From the NCBI GenBank assembly GCA_965217865.1, contig CBDCJO010000002.1, forward strand, positions 4,608,001 to 4,672,000: a DNA stretch of 64,000 bases, given 5' to 3'. How positions within the stretch are numbered: position 1 is the stretch's first letter; each line of letters starts with the position of its first letter. The translations under genes were made by a program, and so were the position numbers. The stretch comes from Candidatus Latescibacterota bacterium. GTDB lineage: Bacteria > Latescibacterota > UBA2968 > SICM01. Below are positions 33,407 through 42,501 of this stretch, piece after piece. The notes below the pieces were generated by a model. That model made no database searches. It had not been told where the DNA came from and saw only the letters and a program-made list of their open reading frames with translations.

Positions 33407-34486
33407 CTATTCAACCTCCGGTCCGATGCGAATCGAATGCGTTTTGATTAAACATGATATCGTCTGGTTTACCTCCAGTCCCAGGTCCTCGATCGCCTCC
33501 GGGGTTATCTTTACCGCCAATCGTTTTCCCACATCCACGTAAATCAGCCCCCTTCCCTCCACTTTAGACACTTCCAAAACGCGTCCTTCCAGGGTATTCC
33601 GCACGCTCAACCCCGATGGTACCTCCCGTGAGAGAATGATGTCGTCCGCACGGATGCCGATGAAGATCTTACCCCCGGGTGGACGGTCGCAGTATGGGAT
33701 TTTCAGATTCTGTCCGGCGAAACGAGCGATGCTGACCCCCCCGGTCGCATCTCCGGATATGACTTCCACGGGAAGGACGTTCTCGAACCCGTGGGCTTCC
33801 ACTAAGGGCAGTATGTCCGGGTGGTGAGCGATGTCGAAGAAATCCCCGTGGGCAACCATCTTTCCCTCTTTCAGAACGATGACCTGTCCCGTCAACTCCA
33901 GGATTTCCGCTACGGAGTGGCTGACGTAGAGGACGGGAATACCCAGGTCCGACCGGATGTGGCGGAGGTAGGGTATGATGCGGTCTTTCAAACCCTGATC
34001 CAGGGAGGCCAAAGGTTCGTCCATTAACAACAGACGCGGGGAGGTCAGGAGCGCCCTGCCCATGGCGACACGCTGTCGCTCTCCCACGGAGAGGCTACCC
34101 GAACTTCTATTCAGAAGCGAGCGGAGCTGAAGCAGGTCGACGATCCGGTTGATTTCAAATCGTCGGTTGTCCGGTTTCTGGAGGTGGTATCCGTATCGGA
34201 GGTTCTTTTCGACAGTCAGGTGTGGGAAGAGGAGGTCATCCTGAAAAACATACCCGATCCCTCTTTTCTCGGGGGGAAGATCGATTCCTGATGCTGAAGA
34301 GAAGACAACGTCGTCGTCTATGCGGATTTCCCCCCAGTCCGGTCGGAGGAGTCCGGCTACCAGATCGAGGAGGGTGCTTTTTCCAGAGCCTGACGGTCCG
34401 AAAACCGCGGTCACAGGATAATGGCATACGGCGTCCACGTGGAGAGTGAAATTGGACCGATTGTGTGCCAGCCTGACAGATAGCAT
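33407..34486 (-). CDS. modC: Molybdate ABC transporter ATPase
   Basis: GPSGSGKST, VFQD..LFPH, LLMDEP, C-terminal TOBE. Confidence 0.95.
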   Translation of the reverse strand: MLSVRLAHNRSNFTLHVDAVCHYPVTAVFGPSGSGKSTLLDLVAGLLRPDWGEIRIDDDVVFSSASGIDLPPEKRGIGYVFQDDLLFPHLTVEKNLRYGYHLQKPDNRRFEINRIVDLLQLRSLLNRSSGSLSVGERQRVAMGRALLTSPRLLLMDEPLASLDQGLKDRIIPYLRHIRSDLGIPVLYVSHSVAEILELTGQVIVLKEGKMVAHGDFFDIAHHPDILPLVEAHGFENVLPVEVISGDATGGVSIARFAGQNLKIPYCDRPPGGKIFIGIRADDIILSREVPSGLSVRNTLEGRVLEVSKVEGRGLIYVDVGKRLAVKITPEAIEDLGLEVNQTISCLIKTHSIRIGPEVE

Positions 34487-34489
34487 CGA

Positions 34490-35176
34490 TTACTTTCTCT
34501 TCGTATAACGGGAGATCCACTCGCCGATCATGAGTGCCCCAAGTGAAAGAGCGATCGAAAACACGGCCAGACGGGCTGCAGCGGTTTCCCCTTCTGGCTG
34601 GTTGAGGTAGGTGAAGATTGCCAGTGGAATGGTTCGCGTCTCTCCGGAGATATTGGAGACGAATGTCATAGTCGCCCCGAATTCCCCCAGGCTTCTTGCA
34701 AAGGTCAGGAGAGAACCGGCCAGGACACCCGGAAAGGCCAGGGGAAGCGTCACTGTGAAGAAAACGCGCAGAGGGCCGGCGCCGAGGGTACGCGCGACTC
34801 GTTCCATCCGGGGATCGATCCCTTCGACGGCCAGACGGACGGCGCGAAGCATCAGCGGAAATCCCACGACTGCCGAGGCCAGTGCGGCCCCCTTCCAGGA
34901 GAATGCGATCTGGAGGCCCAACGAGTCTTCGAGTAGCCTTCCCAGGAACCCCCGCCGGCCGAAGAGGAGCAGGAGGAGATAACCTGTAACGACCGGGGGC
35001 AGGACCAGGGGCAGATGGCACAGTCCGTCGAGGAGGACTTTCCCCCGAAAATCGATCCGGGCGAGAAGCCAACCCAGGAACACACCCGGAGGCAGGCTGA
35101 TCAATACGCAGAAGATCCCGACCCGAACCGAGAGAGCAATGACTTTCCATTCTTCAGGTGTGAGGAGTGACATCAT
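34490..35176 (-). CDS. modB: Molybdate ABC transporter permease
   Basis: LPLVLPPVVTGY, FARSLGEFGAT. Confidence 0.96.
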   Translation of the reverse strand: MMSLLTPEEWKVIALSVRVGIFCVLISLPPGVFLGWLLARIDFRGKVLLDGLCHLPLVLPPVVTGYLLLLLFGRRGFLGRLLEDSLGLQIAFSWKGAALASAVVGFPLMLRAVRLAVEGIDPRMERVARTLGAGPLRVFFTVTLPLAFPGVLAGSLLTFARSLGEFGATMTFVSNISGETRTIPLAIFTYLNQPEGETAAARLAVFSIALSLGALMIGEWISRYTKRK

Positions 35177-35296
35177 AAAGATATTGAGAATTGAAGGTTG
35201 GAGATCGACTTCGGCCCCACCGCCTTCCCGGAATTCAGAATTTAGAATCAGGGAGTCCCTCTACTCCTTTCGACTCCGGACTCGCGACTCCGGATT

Positions 35297-36103
35297 TTAA
35301 TTCTGACTTCTGACTCCGGTATCCTGTTTTAAGAACTCAAACCCTTGCTCTTCAAAAACCTTCCCGGCCTCATCCGATTGAAGCCATTCTATCAACAGGC
35401 GGACGTTTCCTGTATTGCGGTCTTTCACGACAGCCACCGGGTAAACGATCCGGTCGTGAGATTCCGGGCCCAGGGTTGCGATCACGCTTACCTTCGAACT
35501 GATGGCCGCATCCGTGGCATAGATCAACCCCGCGGAACACTCCCCGCGCTCGACGTAAACGAGAGCTGCGCGCACGTCCAGTCCCGGGGCGATCCGTTTC
35601 GAAAGGGGACCCCACCATCCAAACCACCGAAGGGCCTGCTCGGCATAGATTCCGGCCGGAACGTGGGAGGGGTCCCCAATGGCGAGCATGCCCCGAAACG
35701 AGGCAGGAAAGTCGAATCCTTTCCGGGGAACCATCCGGAATTCCTCCCCAACAGGGGCCACGATGACCAGGCCGTTGCCGAGAAGATCGAACCGGGTTCC
35801 CTCCTCGATTCGGCCTTGAGTTTCGAGATAATCCATCCATTCCGGGCTTGCAGAAAAGTAGATGTCGGCCGGGGCCCCATTTTCGATCTGTTTGGCAAGT
35901 GTGGATGAACTGCCGAAGGCGAATTTCAGTTCGAACCCGGCCTGTGCTTCAAACGCCGGGGAGAGATCCTGGAGCACATCCGTCAGGCTTGCGGCTGCGT
36001 AAACCCGCACGGATCGGGCATCGATGTCAAGGGGGAGGATCCATTGGGAGGTGGAGAAGGAGATCAGAACGAGGGTTCGCGTGATGATGGAAAGGTGGCT
36101 CAT
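35297..36103 (-). CDS. modA: Molybdate ABC transporter substrate-binding protein
   Basis: AAASL, GSSSTLAKQI, VPAGIYA, YATDA. Confidence 0.95.
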   Translation of the reverse strand: MSHLSIITRTLVLISFSTSQWILPLDIDARSVRVYAAASLTDVLQDLSPAFEAQAGFELKFAFGSSSTLAKQIENGAPADIYFSASPEWMDYLETQGRIEEGTRFDLLGNGLVIVAPVGEEFRMVPRKGFDFPASFRGMLAIGDPSHVPAGIYAEQALRWFGWWGPLSKRIAPGLDVRAALVYVERGECSAGLIYATDAAISSKVSVIATLGPESHDRIVYPVAVVKDRNTGNVRLLIEWLQSDEAGKVFEEQGFEFLKQDTGVRSQN

Positions 36104-36151
36104 AGAACGGGCAATTATGGAAGTTAGGGGAGCGGAAACGTCGGGAATGAC

Positions 36152-37240
36152 CTATCTCCACGGCACGCTCACGCCCAGTTCGTCCGCCAGATCGGCAAGC
36201 TTCTCCAGATGTTTTTTGTGGATGGGGATGCCCGATTCACCCCAGGCCTGCTTCTTCATCCACTCGATCTCTCCCGGGAGATAGATCCGTTCGACGCCTT
36301 CCGACCTTTTGGACTCCCGTACGGTTCGGATGGTCCGGTCCACTTCTTCGATGAATTCGTCCAGGGAGATGAAGCAAGCGATGTTGATCGCGTAGAAGAA
36401 ATGACTCGCCCTGGCCTGTCCGTGGAACTCCTTCCTGTCCCGATGGCATGTGGAAAGGCCGAAAGGGAGGATACCCCCCATCACGTCCATGATCATCGTC
36501 AGGCAATATCCCTTGACCCCTCCGAAAGGAAAAAGGATGCTCGCTTCGGCTGGGTTGTTTGTCGGGAGGGCATCCTTGTTCAGCGCCCAGTTGTCGGCCA
36601 AGGGGATCCCGTAGAGTTCCATCGTGGTAATCCGCCCCCACGCTGACACTCCGCAGGCCATGTCCAGGACGATCGCAGGCTCCTCCTTCGCGGGGATGGC
36701 ATAGGCCATCGGGTAGTTCCCCAACACACCGGAATTGCCGCCGTAGGGAGCCACCGCGGGGGTGCTGCTGGATACACAGAAACCGATCATCCCGTGTTCC
36801 AAAGTCCGCATTACAAAGTTGGACCCGGCTCCGAAGTGGCTGCTGTTCCGCACACCCACCGCGGCGATACCGGTCTGTCGGGCTTTGTCAACGGCGAGTT
36901 CCATCGCACGGGTTCCTGTCAAGTGCCCGAGCCCACTGCCCCCGTCGACCAGCGCATACGAGGGGCCTTCTTTGACGACCTGAATTTCCGGTTTTGGGTT
37001 CTTACGACCACCCTTTATTTGTGAGATATATGTGGGAAGGAGCCTGGTGCCGTGTGAGAATACCCCCCGAAGATCTGTTTCGACCTGAAGGGCTGACACG
37101 AGGCCTGCATCTTCCGGGGAAAGGCCAACCCTCAGATAGATCTCCACGGCAAGATCCCGCAACTGCTCGGCACGGACAAGCTGTTCATCGGGGCTCGGGA
37201 TTGTGCGAAAGTTCGGATCTGGTGCGGTGTAATCAATCAT
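36152..37240 (-). CDS. Ldh_2 (malate/L-lactate/ureidoglycolate dehydrogenase) family oxidoreductase
   Basis: DLRGVFSHG, NSSHFG, GGVKG, YLPGE; start set at ATG 37240 because the tracked extension lies in the repeat arm. Confidence 0.9.
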   Translation of the reverse strand: MIDYTAPDPNFRTIPSPDEQLVRAEQLRDLAVEIYLRVGLSPEDAGLVSALQVETDLRGVFSHGTRLLPTYISQIKGGRKNPKPEIQVVKEGPSYALVDGGSGLGHLTGTRAMELAVDKARQTGIAAVGVRNSSHFGAGSNFVMRTLEHGMIGFCVSSSTPAVAPYGGNSGVLGNYPMAYAIPAKEEPAIVLDMACGVSAWGRITTMELYGIPLADNWALNKDALPTNNPAEASILFPFGGVKGYCLTMIMDVMGGILPFGLSTCHRDRKEFHGQARASHFFYAINIACFISLDEFIEEVDRTIRTVRESKRSEGVERIYLPGEIEWMKKQAWGESGIPIHKKHLEKLADLADELGVSVPWR

Positions 37241-37259
37241 AACGTGAAAAGGAAAGGGT

Positions 37260-37673
37260 GAAAAAAGCCGTGGATCGTGGTTCGTGACTCGGGGATCGGA
37301 AAGGCCGTCGATCGTGGATCGTGATTCGAGGATCGAGGATAGGAAAGGCCAATGATCCGAATCCTTCAAAAAAACTTTGACTATTCGTCAAATAATTCGC
37401 ATAGGCGTCATTAACGAATCACGAATCACGAATCACGAATCACGAATCACGAATCACGAATCACGAATCACGAATCACGAATCACGAATCACGAATCACG
37501 AATCACGAATCACGAATCACGAATCACGAATCACGAATCACGAATCACGAATCACGAATCACGAATCACGAATCACGAATCACGAATCACGAATCACGAA
37601 TCACGAATCACGAATCACGAATCACGAATCACGAATCACGAATCACGAATCACGAATCACGAATCACGAATCA
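37260..37673. repeat. Composite heptamer element copy 2: degenerate arm, conserved core and (ACGAATC)37
   Basis: Pure array 37414-37672 overlapping the rsgA stop codon; core 37375-37413; arm 37260-37357. Confidence 0.95.
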
Positions 37674-38654
37674 TGGCCTTTGCCTGATGTTCCGATAACT
37701 CGTGTGCCTGCTCTGATCAACCTGACCCGAAGACACCGCCGCCTTCACGGCACAACCCGGTTCCTCTTCGTGAACGCAGTCGCGGAACCTGCAGGATCCG
37801 ATCAGGGGCCGCATCTCCGGAAAGAGATGGTGCAACTGATTCACGTCGACGTCCCAAAGGCTCATGTCCCGGAGGCCGGGGGTATCCCCCAACAGGCTGA
37901 TCCCTCCCAGGGTGTAGAGCTCTGCGTGAGTGGTGGTGTGGCGGCCGCGACCGGTGGCCTTGTTGATGGACTTGACCCGGCGGCCCAGGCCAGGCTCCAG
38001 GGTGTTTAAGAGCGTCGTCTTACCGGTGCCGGAAGGCCCCAGGAAAACGGCGACCGTTTTCTGGACGGATGCGCGGACAGAATCCACACCGTCCCCATTC
38101 TCAGCACTGATCAGGAGGATCCGGTACCCGATCTTCTCATACAGGCCGACCAACGGAGCCGTGATGGATGGTTCTACGAGGTCGGTTTTGTTTACGCAGA
38201 TCAGGACGGGGATATCTTGAAGTTCACATATGGCCAAAAACCGATCCAGCATCTCCAGGTTCAGGTCGGGTTCCCGAATTGAGAAGACGAGTACGGCCAG
38301 GTCTACGTTTGCGATGAGGGTCTGTTCGAGGGGACGTTTTCCCGCCGCCCTCCGGGAGAACTTGTTCCGGCGGTTTACGACATGGTAGATCATCCCGGTG
38401 CCGTCACCTACATCATCGAATTTTACGAAGTCTCCCACGGCCACAGGGCTGGTTGAACGAATGCCGCGAACCGCCGTAACACGTTTGCGAATGGAGGATG
38501 TGTCCGCGGTGGAATATTCGATCACTTTTCGCAGTTTGCTGGAAACGGAACAATTGATCAGGGCGTCCCCCGAAGAAACGGTATATCGACCGAGGTGCTC
38601 CTGCATGACACGACCGATGGGATGGCCCGAAAGGGTATCGTCCGGAGTATTCAT
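37671..38654 (-). CDS. rsgA: Ribosome small subunit-dependent GTPase A
   Basis: NKTD, GPSGTGKTT, GRHTTT, DTPG, CRFRDCVH..EPGC. Confidence 0.96.
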   Translation of the reverse strand: MNTPDDTLSGHPIGRVMQEHLGRYTVSSGDALINCSVSSKLRKVIEYSTADTSSIRKRVTAVRGIRSTSPVAVGDFVKFDDVGDGTGMIYHVVNRRNKFSRRAAGKRPLEQTLIANVDLAVLVFSIREPDLNLEMLDRFLAICELQDIPVLICVNKTDLVEPSITAPLVGLYEKIGYRILLISAENGDGVDSVRASVQKTVAVFLGPSGTGKTTLLNTLEPGLGRRVKSINKATGRGRHTTTHAELYTLGGISLLGDTPGLRDMSLWDVDVNQLHHLFPEMRPLIGSCRFRDCVHEEEPGCAVKAAVSSGQVDQSRHTSYRNIRQRP

Positions 38655-38854
38655 TAGAAGGGATATGCAAAATGAAAAATGCAAATTGTAAACTTCAAAT
38701 TTACCGCGCCCAGCTCCCTCAAAGTTACAAAAACCGCGGTTTCAATTTGAGATTTATAATTTGCACTGAAATACTTTTAGTTTGACTCCGGGTCTCCCAA
38801 CTCCGGGACTTGCATTTCTGGATTCGGACTCATGTCTCCTGTGTTCTGCTTTTG

Positions 38855-39940
38855 CTACGGCGTGATCAGATCCACCTTGCTGTCGTCCCCGAGCATAAAC
38901 CGGTAAGCGGCGGGTCGGGCGCGGGTTCGGGTGACTTCCACATTCGTCGCAATCAGCGAATCCTCGATCCTGACTTCCAGGTCGAGGATCCGGCTACGGT
39001 CGAGGACGATAGAATGTTCGATCTCAGATCGGGTGATAGTCACCTGAGTGCCGATGGAGGTGTAGGGTCCGATATAGGTATCCCTGAGGACACAGTCCGG
39101 ACCGATGACGACCGGCCCTCTGACAAAACAGCTGTACAGCTCTGTTTTCTCGCCGATCTCAACGCGTCCACTCATTTTCGACTCGGAATCGATTTTCGCC
39201 GAGGGGTGGACCCGCTGGCCCTCGGGAAGCTCATCGAGCACGATCCGGTTGGCTTCCAGCATCTCGTCTTTCTTCCCCGTATCCAGCCACCAGTCTGTCA
39301 GGATATTGGAACCAACACGCAATTTTCGATCGAGCATCTTCTGAATGGCATCGGTGATTTCCAATTCGCCCCGATTTGAGGGTTGGATTTCGTCGATTGC
39401 GCTGTGGATTACGGGCTTGAACAGATAGACCCCCACAAGGGCGAGATTCGATTTGGGGTTTTGGGGCTTCTCTTCGAGACGGACCACGTGCCCGTCCGAG
39501 TCAAGCTCGGCGACTCCGAATGCAGAGGGATCGTCCACGGCTTTTAATAGGATTAAGGCGTCCAGGTCCTCCCTGGAAAATTTGTCCACCAACTCCCCGA
39601 CGTCGTGTTTGATCAGGTTGTCGCCCAGGTACATGATGAATGGGTCGTCTTTCAGAAAATCCCGGGCTGTTTTGACGGCATGCGCGAGACCAAGCGGGTT
39701 CTCCTGGGGGATATAAGTGACCCGAACACCCCACCGGGACCCGTCTCCCACCGCTTGCCTGACTTCATGTCCGGTCTCACCGATGACGATACCCATATCG
39801 TTGATGCCTGCTCGGGCAATCGCCTCCAGGCCGTAAAACAGGATCGGTTTGTTGGCCACGGGCACAAGCTGCTTGGTACGCGTGTAGGTGATGGGGCGAA
39901 GCCGGGTACCCTTGCCGCCGCAGAGGATGAGAGCCTTCAT
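38855..39940 (-). CDS. rmlA: Glucose-1-phosphate thymidylyltransferase, long form
   Basis: LCGGKGTRL, KQLVPV, GLAHAV, RGELEITD, WLDTG, C-terminal beta-helix. Confidence 0.93.
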   Translation of the reverse strand: MKALILCGGKGTRLRPITYTRTKQLVPVANKPILFYGLEAIARAGINDMGIVIGETGHEVRQAVGDGSRWGVRVTYIPQENPLGLAHAVKTARDFLKDDPFIMYLGDNLIKHDVGELVDKFSREDLDALILLKAVDDPSAFGVAELDSDGHVVRLEEKPQNPKSNLALVGVYLFKPVIHSAIDEIQPSNRGELEITDAIQKMLDRKLRVGSNILTDWWLDTGKKDEMLEANRIVLDELPEGQRVHPSAKIDSESKMSGRVEIGEKTELYSCFVRGPVVIGPDCVLRDTYIGPYTSIGTQVTITRSEIEHSIVLDRSRILDLEVRIEDSLIATNVEVTRTRARPAAYRFMLGDDSKVDLITP

Positions 39941-40019
39941 GGAAGAAAATGAAAAATGGAAAGTGAAAAATGTAAATTTTAATTTAGGGACTTCAATTAT
40001 CCCGGGTGAATCAAGGTAG

Positions 40020-40048
40020 AGGATATATCTGGTGTGGGGATTTGTCAA
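40020..40048 (-). promoter_or_regulatory. sigma70 promoter of rmlA
   Basis: TTGACA-17-TATCCT. Confidence 0.65.
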
Positions 40049-40361
40049 GGCTAATTCGATTGGCCTGTAGCGGCCCCAGGCCTCCAGCCCCTTCCTCACT
40101 TGTGTTTTCCCATAGGTGATGTTATCTTTATCCGAAATTCAAGGCCCAATTCCGAATCGATCATCAGCCAGTTGAGGTTCATTTTCGATGGCACACCAGA
40201 CAGACGTTTATAGGCGGATTCAGACCTTAATTGCACAGAGCAGTGCGTGGTTTTGGACTGGTGCGTGACCACGGAACTGGAACGCACAGGGCTTTAAGAC
40301 CACCACGTCAGCGATAAGAGCCTCTGGGGCACCTGGATTTGAGGAAACGGCAGGGAAAATA

Positions 40362-41132
40362 ATGAAAAGGGAGATGCAGGGGTCAGGCGTTAGAATTCAG
40401 AATGAAAGACACTTGATTTGGATCTCCTCCTGGTTCCGGACTCCTGGATTCTTGATTCCCACGCTTTTATTTTTCCTGCCTTCGATCGCATCCTCCCAGG
40501 TGATCGACGTCCTCCCGCAGGCCACCGGAGGAGATCTGGAGGGTGTGTGGGTCGCCGACTCTTCCGTTGTTCGGGTTTACGTCCCTCCGGATCTTCCGGA
40601 CCTCAATCTTGTCTTTTCCGGGATGGTCATCGGGCGGTTTACGGTGAACCCCGATAGTACCTATTTCGCTAACTACACCGTTGAAGGTAGCGGTTCAATC
40701 GATCTCCTGGGCAGGAGGTCGTTCGATCTCAACGGCGTGTCTGCGGCGGCCGGACGTTATTCGATCCTCGGGACCGATGTCATGGTTACGGGTTTGGTTG
40801 ATTCCAAATCCGTGGATACCGTGGGCTACAGCGTGGCCGGTGATTCTCTGATGCTCCTGCTTTCATTTCGCGAGTCCTTGCTCGTAAAATTCGGATACAA
40901 TTTCATTCTTCTTCTCCCGTTCAAGAAGACGTCCGTGACGGCCGGTTCTGCGGATTTCGACTCAAACGGACGCGTCGATTTGGATGATTTTTTCGTCTTT
41001 GCAGCGAGCTTCGGCACGGATCGGGACAGCCCGGACTTCGATCTGCGGTTCGACATGAACTCCGATGGCTCGATCGACTTCAATGATTTCTTCATATTCG
41101 CGGAACAGTTTGGACAAGCGAGTGAAACGTGA
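40362..41132 (+). CDS. Secreted protein with a C-terminal dockerin-like double Ca-binding motif
   Basis: Signal-like segment ...LLFFLPSIASS-Q; ADFDSNGRVDLDDFFVFAASFG...FDMNSDGSIDFNDFFIFAEQFG; start uncertain. Confidence 0.75.
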   Translation: MKREMQGSGVRIQNERHLIWISSWFRTPGFLIPTLLFFLPSIASSQVIDVLPQATGGDLEGVWVADSSVVRVYVPPDLPDLNLVFSGMVIGRFTVNPDSTYFANYTVEGSGSIDLLGRRSFDLNGVSAAAGRYSILGTDVMVTGLVDSKSVDTVGYSVAGDSLMLLLSFRESLLVKFGYNFILLLPFKKTSVTAGSADFDSNGRVDLDDFFVFAASFGTDRDSPDFDLRFDMNSDGSIDFNDFFIFAEQFGQASET

Positions 41133-41195
41133 AACGGCAAACGTGAAAAAGGCAGACTGACCTACGAACTCCCCTCCCAAAGAAATATTATCCCT

Positions 41196-42137
41196 GTGAA
41201 AAGGTCAAACGAAAAGAATCTTTCTCAAACGCCTATTTCCCGGATTCGCGAGTGGATCGAGGTTCGTCCGGATGAGGGCCGCCTGACTCTAATGGAAGCC
41301 GATCCCCGAAGAGGCGTGCAGGACCTCGCTCAAAAGACCCGGAGGCGGCTCGCTCGGGCTCAAAAGGAACGAGACCATCAGAAACGGTTGCTCCAGATCG
41401 AAAGCAGGCTCAGAGCGCAGGGGGTCGGATTGATCGCAGGTGTTGACGAGGCGGGAAGGGGGCCGATCGCCGGACCCGTTGTCGCAGCGGCCGTCATCCT
41501 CCCGCCCCACCCCGATCTCCTGGGCCTTGACGATTCCAAGAAATTGCGTCCTGATGTTCGAGAAGTGTTTTTCAACCGTATCCGGGAGCAGGCCCTGGCA
41601 TCCGGGATCGGCATCTCAGATAGCTTTGAAATAGACTGTATCAACATCCTCCAGGCGTCCCTGAAGGCCATGCGAAAAGCCCTGTCCGCCCTCGGGGTGA
41701 TTCCCGACCGTGTCCTTGTCGATGGAAAGCAACTTCCGGGAAGCGGATTGTCCGAGTTGGCCTTCGTAGACGGGGACGCCCGGTCTCTGTCCATCGCGGC
41801 CGCTTCGGTGATCGCAAAGGTGACCCGGGACAGGATGATGTCGGACTACGATCGCGTATATCCGGGTTATGGGTTCGCGGGAAACAAGGGATATGCCAGC
41901 CGCGGCCACCTCAAGGCCGTTCGAGATATGGGGACCTGCCCGATCCACCGAATTTCATTTGGGTCTTTAAGGAAGGACCAGGCGGAAATCGATTTCGAAG
42001 CCGATGAGCCGAAACGGACCGGAGAAAGAGGGAGGAGATCGCCGTATCGGTCCTGGAAAAGAAAGGCTTCGCCATCCTCGAACGGAATTTTCGGGACGGC
42101 GGTGAGATCGACGTCATCGCGACCAAGGGAAGTGTGA
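41196..42137 (+). CDS. rnhB: Ribonuclease HII; the C-terminus runs into a frameshifted YraN domain
   Basis: GVDEAGRGP, LDDSKK, VDG, GDARS.SIAAAS, NKGY, HR.SF. Confidence 0.93.
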   Translation: MKRSNEKNLSQTPISRIREWIEVRPDEGRLTLMEADPRRGVQDLAQKTRRRLARAQKERDHQKRLLQIESRLRAQGVGLIAGVDEAGRGPIAGPVVAAAVILPPHPDLLGLDDSKKLRPDVREVFFNRIREQALASGIGISDSFEIDCINILQASLKAMRKALSALGVIPDRVLVDGKQLPGSGLSELAFVDGDARSLSIAAASVIAKVTRDRMMSDYDRVYPGYGFAGNKGYASRGHLKAVRDMGTCPIHRISFGSLRKDQAEIDFEADEPKRTGERGRRSPYRSWKRKASPSSNGIFGTAVRSTSSRPREV

Positions 42138-42388
42138 TCTCATTCGTTGAGGTCAAGACGGAAACGGTGGGGGGATTTGGTGATCCAGCCGCCCGAGTGG
42201 ATCATGAGAAGCAAGGCCGACTTGCGAGGACGGCTCAGAAGTTTCTAACGTAGCGAGAGTTCGACGGTCTCGAACCACGCTTCGACGTGATCGCTGTCAG
42301 ATTGAGGGGGAAGGACTTCGAGGCGGATCATATCGAAGGGGCGTTTATGATCCGAAATCGGTTGTTTGACGAGCGGAACGAAGTGTAG
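42011..42388 (+). pseudogene. yraN: YraN/UPF0102 nuclease-fold domain with a 1-nt frameshift and an in-frame TAG
   Basis: KRTGERG / EEIA...ILERNFR..GEIDVIA...FVEVKT...KQGRL...RFDVIAV...HIEGAF; shift at about 42030, TAG at 42251. Confidence 0.85.
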
Positions 42389-42501
42389 TCGAAGGGGACT
42401 CAGTCACTATGTTAAAAGTAGTTGAGCCTCACTGCTTGAGAGGATATGTTTATTGGAAATCCCGTAGATTCACAATAACTCTCTCTCACAGGAGGCTCAA
42501 G

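Noticed and set aside
33194-37672. Arrays as CRISPR
   Set aside because: No spacers, a 7-bp unit, and no cas genes in the window.
37377-38009. ORF with (NHESRIT)n repeats
   Set aside because: It results from the stop-free + strand of the 7-mer array. The homologous leader in copy 1 differs by 2 nt and hits TAA, and the tail is antisense to rsgA.
40280-40340. c-di-GMP riboswitch-like words (ACGCACAGGGC, GGGCACCTG)
   Set aside because: The remaining conserved elements of class I and class II aptamers are absent.
42409-42501. Longer N-terminus for the IS110 transposase
   Set aside because: ATG 42409 lies within the sub-terminal IR and -10 box, while ATG 42502 has an AGGAGG RBS.
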